This document shows positions 12,366-29,823 of a DNA stretch of 64,000 nucleotides, one piece after another. Numbering within the stretch: the stretch's first letter is position 1; each line of letters opens with the position of its first letter. The translations under genes were made by a program, and so were the position numbers. Origin of the DNA: Azolla caroliniana (Eukaryota; Plantae; Polypodiophyta); NCBI GenBank assembly GCA_043228905.1, contig JBHGNT010000016.1, positions 8,618,001-8,682,000 on the forward strand. The letters are read 5' to 3'. The notes under the pieces are model-generated. The model ran no database searches. It worked only from the letters and a program-made list of their open reading frames with translations, and was not told the DNA's origin.

Positions 12366-14738
12366 CCTCGAGTATATGCCGATTCTTCCTTTCAACTACT
12401 CCATTTTTTTGGGGTGTGTGTCGATACGAAAACTCTCTCCAAATGCCTTCACCTTGGAGGTCGGAGATGAATTCATCGGATAATTAAGCCTTGCCTCCAT
12501 CCGATCATAGGCATCGAATCTGCTGACCGGTTTCTTTTTCGACTTGGCTCTTGAGCTTTTAAAAGTGGGAGAGCACTTCACCCTTCTTCTTCATAGGAAG
12601 ATCCACGTATAGCGAGAGTAGTCCTCAATGAAGGTGACGTAGTACCGGCATCCTCCGATCGTCGGCATTTGGGCCAGTCTCCATACATCCGACTGGATGA
12701 CGTTCAGGAGGCCTTTCCTTACGTAGCTCTCCTTCGGAAATGGGAGTCGATGTTGTTTGTCGAGTTGACATTCTTCACACACTCGGTCGACTCGTTTCGA
12801 TTCACAGGACGGAAGTCCGATGCTGATTCCCTTTGATTGCATATCTCGGATCCGTTGGAGGTTGATATGGCCGATTCTCTTGTGCCACAACTCGATGTTC
12901 GTCTTGGTTTTGAGAACTTTGGCATACATGGCCAATTTTACCTCGTTTGAATTGAGAATGAACATATCGAGATGTCTCCTAACTATGAGTCATCCATCTT
13001 TTTCTATAAAGCATCCTTCATTGTTGAAACGAACTTGCATTCCTTGATCCACCTACCGAGACCAAATTATTTGTTATTGTAAGCATGTGCAAGACATTCT
13101 TGATGCAATTGTTTTTGCCGTCTTTGCCGAATGGAATGTTGCCGATGTGTCGAATGGGATATGTGGTGCCGTCTCTCGTATCTATATAGCTAGGTCTATC
13201 CGACATTCTTAAGTCACAAAACCACTCTTGGTGTTCATATGATGTGAGACACCAGAGTCGACGAACCACATGTCTTCCGAGTTGGAGGTGCTTGTGGAGT
13301 CGAAGGCCGACATAGAGTTCGGGTTATGTCTCATTATGAATAGTGCACCGTAGTCATCGTATTTGGAGTTGGTAGCGTAGTTTGTGAGTGATCGGCTTGT
13401 GGAAGCCGATCTCTTCTTCTCTTTTGGCCCTTCTCTTTGTGGTGGCCAACCTTCCCACAAAAGTTACAAGTAATGGGCGATGTTTGCTAACCTTGTTTGG
13501 AATGGAAGCTCCCCCTTCTTCCAAAGGTGCCTTGAGGCTTCCGTCTTCTTGTTGAAGGTTAGAGTTCCCTTCGTGAGATGGGCCGAATCGACCTCTTCTA
13601 CCGCCTCGACCTCGTTCTCGGCCACCATCCGAGTTCGAGAAGAACATTTTTCCTTCCAACGTCTTGATCTTGATTCAGACGTGGTTCTCTTCAACCAATA
13701 GGATTGATTATAGGTCAAAGAACGAAGGAGGGTTTTCTCTCACTAAGATAGTTTTCCTTGTTAGGTCGAACCGTTGTGCGAGGCTGCCCAAGCACACTTG
13801 CACCATTTCATCCTCTTCAATGTTTATGTTGATGGAGCTAATTGAGTCCAAATGCTCTTGATCTTGGTGGTGTATTCCAACACGAACATATCTTTTTGTT
13901 GAATGTTGTTCAACTCTTGCCTGAGTTTAAGCTTGCGGGTGATTGTGTTGGCGGCGAAGATTTTCTTCAAGTTCTCCCACGCTTCTTTAGGCGTCTCGGC
14001 GTCTCGAATGTGGCTAAGCATGTGATCGTAGACACATGTTGCCAAGAAATACATTACCCAACTTGCTCCTTGCTCCCATCTTGGATAGTTGGCGTTTGTG
14101 ATGTCGAGTTTGTTTTCGAGTGCGCCATTGATGTAGCTCCAATACCCCCTGGCCAACTAGCTATTGGTTCATCTTGTACTCCCAAGATGAAAAATTGCTT
14201 CGATCTATCTACCCATTTGTGTGTTCATGTTGATGTGGTGTCTTCCTTTTTGGTTTTTCTTCCTTCGATCACGTACTCGTTCTACGTAGCAGTACTATGC
14301 TAACAATGGCCGGATTTGTCGTCCGCGTATCGAACACACACTCACTATGAATCGGGTGGGCTTAGTGGATATGCTAAACCACTCACTCTAATACCATGTT
14401 AATAATTAGGTAAGTAACTAAGGGTTAATTAGTATCTAATTATGTGAGAAGTTAATCACGCATGTGATTAAGCCGCGGAAGATTATGTGATATGTGTGTG
14501 AGAGAAAGAGATAGAGGAAGTTACACTTATGAACAATGAGATTATATTAATAAACATCAAAGAACAAAGATACCCACAATGAGGTACATATATATATATC
14601 GCATGTGCAAGGGTGCATATATGTGAGGAGAATATACGTACAATGATGTAAGTCCTATATTTAATGAACTTGGTAGTGGAGGATCTAGAATGCATCCCCA
14701 GTAAGTACAAAATCCTATTTAAGGCTTTAAGGTCAACA
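12366..14738 (-). mobile_element. Copia family B 5' half (LTR ~14397-14738, PBS 14385-14396, gag, protease, GAG-pre-integrase, integrase start)
   Basis: GYWSYING, WFVDSG, LWHKRIGHIN, SDVW..YYVTFIEDYSR motifs; degenerate PBS next to TG. Confidence 0.85.
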
Positions 14739-15027
14739 CTTCTGACTAGATTCTAATGATGTAACTACTAAGTTACATGGTTGACTAAATAACTAAACCT
14801 AGTTGAGCTTGATATCTCAAGATTGCTAATAAGAATGCAAAATGTCTCCCATGAGGTAAACAAAGTGCATTTAAGAGAAAGACACATTTGAGTTATTTTT
14901 GAGCTTGTAATTGGGATTATAGTGCATCAATGTCATTCAAATGAGAGGCAACATTGTGGGTGTCCTTCATACAAAGTTTTTTTATTAGATAATTTTTTTT
15001 TGATGTGGTCTCTTTTTCATAGGTACT

Positions 15028-15290
15028 TTATAGTTTAGTCCATAATTTTTCAACCAAGTCACAGTCCAAGAGTCCAAGAGCATGAAGTATACATTGTCTG
15101 TTAGGATGTAATATTATGGTAGACATTGCCAAGAGATCAAGCTCTTTGCGATTATCATTGATCATGCCCTCAGGTCTCTTGGCTTCACCACTTAATGGTC
15201 TTAATTGCCTTCTTTGAATTAGAACATCTCTCATCTTATTCTTCCACAAGGCGAAGTTGGATCCATCAAACTTGTGGATCTCTTGGTCTT
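15028..15290 (-). mobile_element. Isolated copia gag N-terminal remnant
   Basis: KFDGSNFALWKNKMRDVLIQ-type motif. Confidence 0.7.
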
Positions 15291-15375
15291 TTCCAGTTAT
15301 AGAGTAATTCTATGGGAACTAAAGGAACCACCGCATGAGGTACTTGAAACCTAAGCACCAAATGATAGTTGGGAC

Positions 15376-15637
15376 TGTTACACACGGTGCTCGGCCACAA
15401 CCGAGGAATAGGATCAACTCACAGAAAATAGGAAATACAAAGTACACGAAGACAATAGAGAGAAGAGTACACAGGATATTTTACGTGGAAAACCCTAAAT
15501 GGAAAAAACCACGGGAGTCCTCAAACTCCAACTATCACTATGAACAGAGATGTACAATGGTGAAGCTTCAAGGCAACAACCTTGAACTCACTGTCTTCGC
15601 CACAGGCGGCGGTAATACACAGAGGCAACGACCTCTT

Positions 15638-15671
<34 letters not shown>

Positions 15672-16138
15672 CTGCTCTCTTTACTCTCTCTGAGTGAAAA
15701 CAGAAAAATAAGCAACAACACTAAACTGTTTGCCCTAAGTCATATTTATACACATATGACTTTCGGGCTATTTACAAATATAGCCTCAAGGGGCCCTTGG
15801 CAAACATATTCACAAATATGTCCCCGCATCCGGATCTCTCTCCGGGTACATTCATCATCCGGCTCCGTAGCCGGGTCTTCGTCATCCGGCTCCGTAGTCG
15901 GGGTCTTCATCATCCGGCTCCGTAGCCGGGTCTTTGTCATCCGGCTCCGTAGCCGGGTCTTCGTCATCCGGCTCCGTAGCCGGGGTCTTCTCTTCGTCAT
16001 CCGGCTCCGTAGCCGGGTCTTCGTCATCCGGCTCCGTAGCCGGGGTCTTCTCTTCCTCCTCCGGTTCCGTAACCGCAACCAGGCTTGCCGTCATTCATCT
16101 CCGGACATCCCATCCGGAGGGACCGAAAAATCCCAACA
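15376..16138 (-). repeat. 3' LTR (763 bp) with 7-unit U3 tandem array
   Basis: Near-identical to 20253-20875 apart from array length and CT microsatellite length. Confidence 0.95.
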
Positions 16139-16148
16139 AACTCCCCCT

Positions 16149-19100
16149 TCACTTCGGCATGGGATGTCTCTCCAATCCGATCCTCTTCTGGCATGCTTCC
16201 AGCTTGTCGGGTGTAAGTACCTTGGTCAGCATATCCGACCCGTTCTTGTCCGTGTGGATCTTCGTCAGCACGAACTCCTTGTCTTTTATCCTTTCCCGGA
16301 TCCAGTGGTATCTCCGCTGGATGTGCTTCGTCCGGGAGTGATAGGCCGCATTCTTCGCAAGGTGGATGGCACTCTGACTGTCGCAGTAGAGTCGGTACTC
16401 CTCCTGCCGGATACCGAGCTCTCTAATGAAGTCCTTCATCCATATTATTTCCTTGCCGGCTTCAACAGCCGCCATGTACTCCGCCTCCGTGGTTGACAGT
16501 GCAACCGTCTTCTGCAGCCTCGACTGCCACGAAACAGCTCCCCCTGCATACGTCATCACATACCCTGATGTGGACCGGCTGGTATCTGCATCAGCCGACA
16601 TATCCGAATCGGTAAAGCCGTCGAGTTCGGGCTTACCGGAGCCGAATCGAAGGCACACGTTTGTTGTGCCTTTCAGGTATCGGAGTATCCATTTGACCGC
16701 GTTCCAATGCTCCTTGCCGGGATTACTCATATACCGGCTCACCACTCCGACTGCGTATCCAATGTCCGGTCTTGTACACACCATTGCGTACATCAAGCTT
16801 CCGACGGCAGAGGCATATGGTACTTTCATCATGTCCTCCTTCTCAGCCTTTGTCTTGGGGCTTTGCTTGCTGGACAACTTGCAGTTTGCCGGGAGGGTTG
16901 ACCCGACCGGTCTTGCTTCCGACATGTTGAACCGGTGAAGCACCTTTGTCACGTACTTCTCCTGTGACAGCCATAACTGCTTCTTCTTCCGGTCCCGGAT
17001 GATGTGCATGCCTAGTATTTGCCTCGCCGGACCCAGGTCCTTCATTGAGAAGGTTCGGTGAAGAGCCTTCTTCAGCATCCGTATCTTGACCTGGTCCCGT
17101 CCGACGATCAACATGTCGTCCACGTACAGGAGGAGTATTAGAAAGTCTCCTCCTTCGAACTTCTTCACAAACACGCAGTGATCGGACTGCGTTTTGTGGT
17201 ACCCTTCGTCGGTCATGAAGGAGTCGAACTTCCGGTACCACTGCCGGGGAGCCTGCTTCAGTCCGTAAAGGCTCTTCTTCAACCGGCATACCAGGTGCTC
17301 CTTCCCTTTCTTCTCGAATCCTTCCGGTTGCTGCATGTAGATCTCTTCTTCGAGGTCACCGTGAAGGAATGCCGTCTTCACATCCATCTGTTCTACCTCG
17401 AGGTCCATGCTTGCCGCTATGCTCAGCACCGTCCGGATGGAGGTCATCTTCACTACCGGGGCAAATATCTCGTCGAAGTCGACGCCCTTCTTCTGCTGAA
17501 ACCCCTTCACCACGATCCTGGCTTTGTATCTCGGGGGGTTTCCGGCATCTCCCGGTTTCAACTTGAACACCCACTTGTTTCGAAGTGCCCGCTTTCCTTT
17601 CGGCAACTCCACAAGTTCATATGTGTGGTTCTCATGCAGGGAATCCATCTCCTCCTGCATGGCACTTAACCACCTGCGGCTATGGGTGTCAAACTTTGCT
17701 TCTTCAAAACTCTCCGGCTCCCCCTCGTCGGTTAGCAGCACGTACTCTGGTTCCGGAAATCTCCGGGGGGCCTGTCTCTCTCTTAGAGGATATCTCCGTT
17801 CCGGAGCTTCGGTAACCGGCTCCTCCGTTTCCTCTTCATCCGAATCCATTTCGGAATCGGGGCCGGTTCCGGTATCAGTTTCATCTTCCTCGGCCGGTTC
17901 TGTTTCTTCACCGTCTTCGGCCGGATCCTCGAGTGCTAACCGGTCCCTTGCCGGTCGGGACTGCTCCTCGTAGAGTTGATCCTCACCGGTCGACTTGGAG
18001 CTCTTCATCTTCTTCTCCGACTCCCAGTCGGCGAGGGTCTTGTCCTCCATGAAGATGATATCTCGATTCCTGAATATCTTCTTGTCGACCGTGTCCCATA
18101 CTCGGTAGCCGAACTCATCGTCGCCGTAACCGAGGAATATGCATGGCCGGGTCTTTGGATCTAACTTTCCTCTCCGGTCCTTTGCCACATGCACGTATGC
18201 GAGACACCCGAACACCTTCAGATGCCGGTAGGACACTTCCTTACCGGTCCACACTTTTTGCGGCGTGTCTCCGTCCAAAGGTACTGAGGGTGATTTGTTT
18301 ATCACGTATGTCGCCGTCGACATTGCCTCAGCCCAAAACCCCTTGGGTAATTTCGCATCTGCCAGCATACTTCGGACCCTCTCCATTATGGTCCGGTTCA
18401 TCCTCTCGGCCAGCCCGTTCAGTTCCGGCGTCTTCGGCACAGTAAACTCGAGCCGGATTCCCTTCGAGCGACAATACTCCTCGAACTGCCCCCGGTATTC
18501 CCCTCCGTTATCCGCTCGTATCGCTTTCAGCTCCTTGCCGGATTCCCTTTCCACTCTCGCGTGGAGTTCTTTGAAGACGGACAATACTTGGTCCTTTGTC
18601 TTCAACGGTGCCGTCCACAGCTTCCGGCTATGGTCATCTATGAATGTTACGAAGTACTGGGCTCCGCCATGTGACTTCGTTTCTACCTGGCACACATCAG
18701 TGTATACCAACGCCAATGGTACACTACGTCTCATCGGTGGTCTTGAGCGGAAGGAGGTCCGGTTGTGCTTACCGGCCAGGCAATCGGTGCACTTCTCCAG
18801 GTGCACATGCTTCACTGGAATAAGGTTGTCTTCTGCAAGCCTCTTCATCCCCTTCTCACTCATGTGACACAGTCTCTTGTGCCACAGTTCACCGGCAGTA
18901 TCGGCTGCCACGTTCAGCTCCTCCGGACATAGTCGGGAATTCATCAGGTACAGTGTGTTGACCTTCCGGGCCCGAGCCACTACCAGGCTCCCTTTGCTGA
19001 ACTTCATGACACCGTTCCGGATGCTACCCGTGTAGCCTTCATCGTCTAGCCTCCCGGCCGAAATTAGGTTCAATCGGACCTCCGGAACGTGTCGTACATC

Positions 19101-19805
19101 CTTGAGCAGCATCTTGCATCCGGTTGATGTCATCAGCCACACGTCTCCTATGCCGGCAATCCGGCATGTACCTTCATTTCCCATCCGGACACAGCCATGC
19201 TCACCGGCTGTGTAGGATGAGAAGTATTTCTTCTCCGGGGTCAGGTGGAACGACGCTCCGGAATCGATCACCCAGGTCATCTCTACACCGGCAAGATTCA
19301 GCTCCCTCTCTTCGGTAATGAGCATTATCTCTTCTTCACTTGCCGCGAGTGCCGTCGTTCCTTTCCGGTCCTGCCCTCGCCGATCCGGACCTCTCCGGTC
19401 CGTGGCTCCCCGGTATGCACCGTTTCGTTCCGGTGACTTCTTCGAATCGGTGTCGTCGGCTCCGTTGTCCTTTCGGTAATACCGACAATTCTTCCGGAAG
19501 TGCCCCGACTTCCCATAGTGGAAACATGTGGGTCTTCCTCTTGACTGCGACCGGGTCCCCGACTTCTCCCGTCTTTGCGGACTCCGGTTCCGTTGTCTTC
19601 CCCGATCCGATTCGGTAAGAAGCATCTTCGGATCGGAGGCCGGTTCTTTATCTCTCCGACGCGCTTCTTCATTCAAAATACTTGTCTTTACCGTTTGTAG
19701 GGACAAGTTATCTTCGGTGCAGGAGGTGCTGAGAGTCACCACCAAGTTCTCCCAGCTTTCCAGCAATGTACACATCAGAATGATGGCTTGCATTGCATCC
19801 TCCAA
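16149..19805 (-). CDS. pol: Copia polyprotein (gag C-terminus, protease, integrase, RT, RNase H), 1218 aa
   Basis: WVIDSGAS, LWHKRLCH, FIDD..DNGGEY, QMDVKTAFLHG, LYVDDML, CDSQSAI..TKHI; no internal stop. Confidence 0.95.
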   Translation of the reverse strand: MEDAMQAIILMCTLLESWENLVVTLSTSCTEDNLSLQTVKTSILNEEARRRDKEPASDPKMLLTESDRGRQRNRSPQRREKSGTRSQSRGRPTCFHYGKSGHFRKNCRYYRKDNGADDTDSKKSPERNGAYRGATDRRGPDRRGQDRKGTTALAASEEEIMLITEERELNLAGVEMTWVIDSGASFHLTPEKKYFSSYTAGEHGCVRMGNEGTCRIAGIGDVWLMTSTGCKMLLKDVRHVPEVRLNLISAGRLDDEGYTGSIRNGVMKFSKGSLVVARARKVNTLYLMNSRLCPEELNVAADTAGELWHKRLCHMSEKGMKRLAEDNLIPVKHVHLEKCTDCLAGKHNRTSFRSRPPMRRSVPLALVYTDVCQVETKSHGGAQYFVTFIDDHSRKLWTAPLKTKDQVLSVFKELHARVERESGKELKAIRADNGGEYRGQFEEYCRSKGIRLEFTVPKTPELNGLAERMNRTIMERVRSMLADAKLPKGFWAEAMSTATYVINKSPSVPLDGDTPQKVWTGKEVSYRHLKVFGCLAYVHVAKDRRGKLDPKTRPCIFLGYGDDEFGYRVWDTVDKKIFRNRDIIFMEDKTLADWESEKKMKSSKSTGEDQLYEEQSRPARDRLALEDPAEDGEETEPAEEDETDTGTGPDSEMDSDEEETEEPVTEAPERRYPLRERQAPRRFPEPEYVLLTDEGEPESFEEAKFDTHSRRWLSAMQEEMDSLHENHTYELVELPKGKRALRNKWVFKLKPGDAGNPPRYKARIVVKGFQQKKGVDFDEIFAPVVKMTSIRTVLSIAASMDLEVEQMDVKTAFLHGDLEEEIYMQQPEGFEKKGKEHLVCRLKKSLYGLKQAPRQWYRKFDSFMTDEGYHKTQSDHCVFVKKFEGGDFLILLLYVDDMLIVGRDQVKIRMLKKALHRTFSMKDLGPARQILGMHIIRDRKKKQLWLSQEKYVTKVLHRFNMSEARPVGSTLPANCKLSSKQSPKTKAEKEDMMKVPYASAVGSLMYAMVCTRPDIGYAVGVVSRYMSNPGKEHWNAVKWILRYLKGTTNVCLRFGSGKPELDGFTDSDMSADADTSRSTSGYVMTYAGGAVSWQSRLQKTVALSTTEAEYMAAVEAGKEIIWMKDFIRELGIRQEEYRLYCDSQSAIHLAKNAAYHSRTKHIQRRYHWIRERIKDKEFVLTKIHTDKNGSDMLTKVLTPDKLEACQKRIGLERHPMPK

Positions 19806-20221
19806 CGGAACTTGATCGCCGCAAGCTGGTTCACGAATCCCATGAACGTGCTCACGTGTTCCACCATATTCTCGCCGTCCCGGTACTTGAGGTTCACTAT
19901 CTTCCTCATCAGGGAGGTCCGGTTCAACGCATTCTTCCTCTCATAAAGGCCCGACAGCTTCTTCCACATCTCATAGGCGTTCGTATCGTTCGCCACATGT
20001 TGCAGGACACTTACATCGACATATTGCCGGATTGTCGCTACGGCTTTCCGGTTCAGGAGCTTCCACTCCGACTCTATTACCCCCTTGGGTATCTCGGCAT
20101 TGTCGATCGGTTCGTACAGGTCTCGGACGATGAGAAGGTCTTCCATCTTTATCTTCCAGTCGGCGTAGTTTTGTGAGTTCAACACCATCATGCCCGGAGG
20201 CCCACTACCGCCGCCTTCCAT
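19775..20221 (-). CDS. gag: Copia gag N-terminal ORF, out of frame with pol by 1 nt
   Basis: LNSQNYADWKIKMEDLL..WKLLNRKAVATIR; junction at ~19806. Confidence 0.9.
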   Translation of the reverse strand: MEGGGSGPPGMMVLNSQNYADWKIKMEDLLIVRDLYEPIDNAEIPKGVIESEWKLLNRKAVATIRQYVDVSVLQHVANDTNAYEMWKKLSGLYERKNALNRTSLMRKIVNLKYRDGENMVEHVSTFMGFVNQLAAIKFRWRMQCKPSF

Positions 20222-20252
20222 TTTCTGTGTTACCGTTGCTCTGATACCAATT

Positions 20253-20875
20253 TGTTACACACGGTGCTCGGCCACAACCGAGGAATAGGATCAACTCATA
20301 GAAAATAGGAAATACAAAGTACACGAAGACAATAGAGAGAAGAGTACACAGGATATTTTACGTGGAAAACCCTAAATGGAAAAAACCACGGGAGTCCTCA
20401 AACTCCAACTATCACTATGAACAGAGATGTACAATGGTGAAGCTTCAAGGCAACAACCTTGAACTCACTGTCTTCGCCACAGGCGGCGGTAATACACAGA
20501 GGCAACGACCTCTTTGTCTCTCTCTCTCTCTCTCTCTCTCTCGGCTGCTCTCTTTACTCTCTCTGAGTGAAAACAGAAAAATAAGCAACAACACTAAACT
20601 GTTTGCCCTAAGTCATATTTATACACATATGACTTTCGGGCTATTTACAAATATAGCCTCAAGGGGCCCTTGGCAAACATATTCACAAATATGTCCCCGC
20701 ATCCGGATCTCTCTCCGGGTACATTCATCATCCGGCTCCGTAGCCGGGGTCTTCTCTTCGTCATCCGGCTCTGTAGCCAGGGTCTTCTCTTCATCCTCCG
20801 GTTCCGTAACCGCAACCAGGCTTGCCGTCATTCATCTCCGGACATCCCATCCGGAGGGACCGAAAAATCCCAACA
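20253..20875 (-). repeat. 5' LTR (623 bp) with 2-unit U3 array
   Basis: Adjacent to the PBS; TG..CA ends. Confidence 0.95.
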
Positions 20876-21567
20876 GGGACACTACTTGCTAGCTAGTCTC
20901 AAGCACAACTATCACTGTGGGGAAAAATCTATATACATGAACTACCGTAAGCCTAAAAAGGACTATAATGTATGTTCCCCTAAGAACACCACCTCAATCA
21001 TGTCACCCAAAGATAAATGGAACGCGATTAAAATGGAACTTCCATTTCACAATCTCACATTAAGTAAGAAAACATTTAACATGCAAATTCTATGTCCCTA
21101 ACTTATATTATTTAATGCATCTTAGTGGTTGGCACTAATAATTCCTATCGTGTCCGTGCAACAATGATTTACATCAATCAACAGGGTGTTGAGGTAATGA
21201 ATATTGAAATGAATTACAATATTATTGCTACATTCTTAATATCTAGAGTATTTTTCTTGTGCTCTTGAGGCAATATTAATTACTTATAATGTTTCACTAA
21301 TCAATAAGCATTTATGAAATGGCAATTGGTTCTGATTTGGCTGTTGTCCTGCGAAGTCAAAGGGCTGATGTTGCCCATCTTGATCATGGATGTTGCAAAG
21401 GCAGAGAAGAAAGCATTTTGGTTAACAGCAAAAGTGTTGACATATGCGATAGTGGTGACATCAGGCATGGACGACAGGAGTTGGTCGGAGATGTGGAGCC
21501 CCTTGGAGGCTCTCAGGTTCTTGTAGTATTTTTTGTCGAATGTGTCAGCCGTGGTCACGTCAAGATT

Positions 21568-28240
<6,673 letters not shown>

Positions 28241-28987
28241 CTACATAACAAACAAGATGTAGAATTAGCATCTAACAACTTATCTTGGAATAAATACAAC
28301 CAAATAGAATGATGAATATGAGCCTCTTAACATGGTAGATTTCCAAAATCATGTGGAAGAGCATATATAACTCACGTTGACAAAGCAGTCATTGAAATGT
28401 AGGCGAAGCAACGAAGCAGCCATCTTGGGGTCCTTCTAGACCGCCCATTCGACTCCGCTCTTCATGATCTCGAAAACGGATGGGCAGGATTGGTCATAGA
28501 ATCCGGAAGAGAGGCCGCTGACTATAGGGAACAAGAAATAGAAAGAGAGGGAGAGAGGGAAAGAGAGAAAGAGAAGAAACTTTATTAAATGAATGTTTTG
28601 TGTCTCTCTCTACAACCAACCGACCACAGAGAGAGAGAATGTGGTGGTTATAGGTGCACCCTATTTTTGGGGTGCACCTTTTCATATTGTGTGGCTTTTC
28701 GTTTTTATACTTTATTTTTCTATTTACTTATTCAAAAGTAATTAGTTTATTACCACAGCCTCCCATAAACTAATTAGTTGTGAATCGTTGTAATCCTAAA
28801 TTTTCACAACAAGCTTCAAATTTGTCCGGAGGGAGAGGCTTTGTTAGAAAATCAACCCACATATGATTTATTGTTGTAAACTCTAAGGTAAGCTTGTTTT
28901 CTTCGGCCAAGTCTTGTATAAAGTGATATTTTAAATCCACATGTTTTGTTTTCTCTGAGTGCTTTGGATTCTTCGTTAAGTAGATAC

Positions 28988-29823
28988 CATGGTTGTTTAC
29001 GTACCCGTATTTAACGTTTAAATACGTATAGTACCGCATAATTTGTATAGTACGTACTATACCTCAATGTTGTTCAGTCAAATATCATGTACGTTTGTCC
29101 AATACGGTATTTAACATATTTATAAAACAACAGGTATAATACGTATTTATAAAGAAAATGTAAGTAAAACCCTAACAAAAAGCAAAAGAAAAAAAAGATT
29201 TTAGTGAAAAAGAAGCCAAAGGAAGGAAGAAAGAAGAATAGAAGAGACGACGATGAAGAAGAAGAAGAAGAAGAAGAAGAAGAAGAAGAAGAAGAAGAAG
29301 AGAGAAAAGAAGACATAAACCTGTCTTGAGTGTGATAATCGCAGAAGATAGAAGAAGAAGAAGAAGAAGAAGAAAACGAAGAAAAGAGAAACCTATCATG
29401 AGCGTGATAATCGTAGACGATTCCTCAATCTATGAAGGCATAATTGTAAATAATTACAATTTGAAGTAGAACATTGTGATACACACTTACACTTATTTAT
29501 AGAATAAGGGAAGGTCGACATCCATATTACTACAAGTATTTTAGGATGTGAAATGTTCAAATGTCTTATATGCATTTTAGGATGTAGAACTATATTGTAC
29601 ATCACAAAATTGTGTAAACATAGATGTTTTTTACAATATTATAGATATTGTTTAGAAAGGTAAATAATTTTCAAATTCTAGAAGTATTTAACGTATTTTA
29701 TAAGTATTTAACATATTAAGAAAACGTATTTAACGTATTTTTAAATTGGGAGGTACTATACAGGTATTAATACGTTAAATACGTATGGTATCCGTACCAT
29801 ACCTAACGTACGTAACAACCTTG
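28988..29823. mobile_element. Non-autonomous hAT-type element (MITE) in the copia RNase H
   Basis: 8-bp TSD GTAGATAC (28980-28987 and 29824-29831); TIR CATGGTTGTTTACGTAC / GTACGTAACAACCTTG; subterminal CGTATT repeats; removing it restores FCDNISCIYLTKNP. Confidence 0.9.

Larger units (their letters stand above)
15376..20875 (-). mobile_element. Structurally complete young Ty1/copia (family A)
   Basis: TSD GGGAC (15371-15375 and 20876-20880); TG..CA LTRs; PBS 20238-20249; PPT AGTGAAGGGGGAGTT 16139-16153; near-intact gag-pol. Confidence 0.97.

Noticed and set aside
15582-16496. 304-aa plus-strand ORF and other repeat-peptide ORFs (also 52559-53140)
   Set aside because: They follow from triplet-length tandem arrays in LTRs; no independent coding evidence
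16426-20176. Many antisense ORFs over pol
   Set aside because: Expected shadow frames of a GC-rich coding sequence
29074-29399. Poly-Ser and poly-Leu ORFs
   Set aside because: (GAA)n microsatellite inside a MITE
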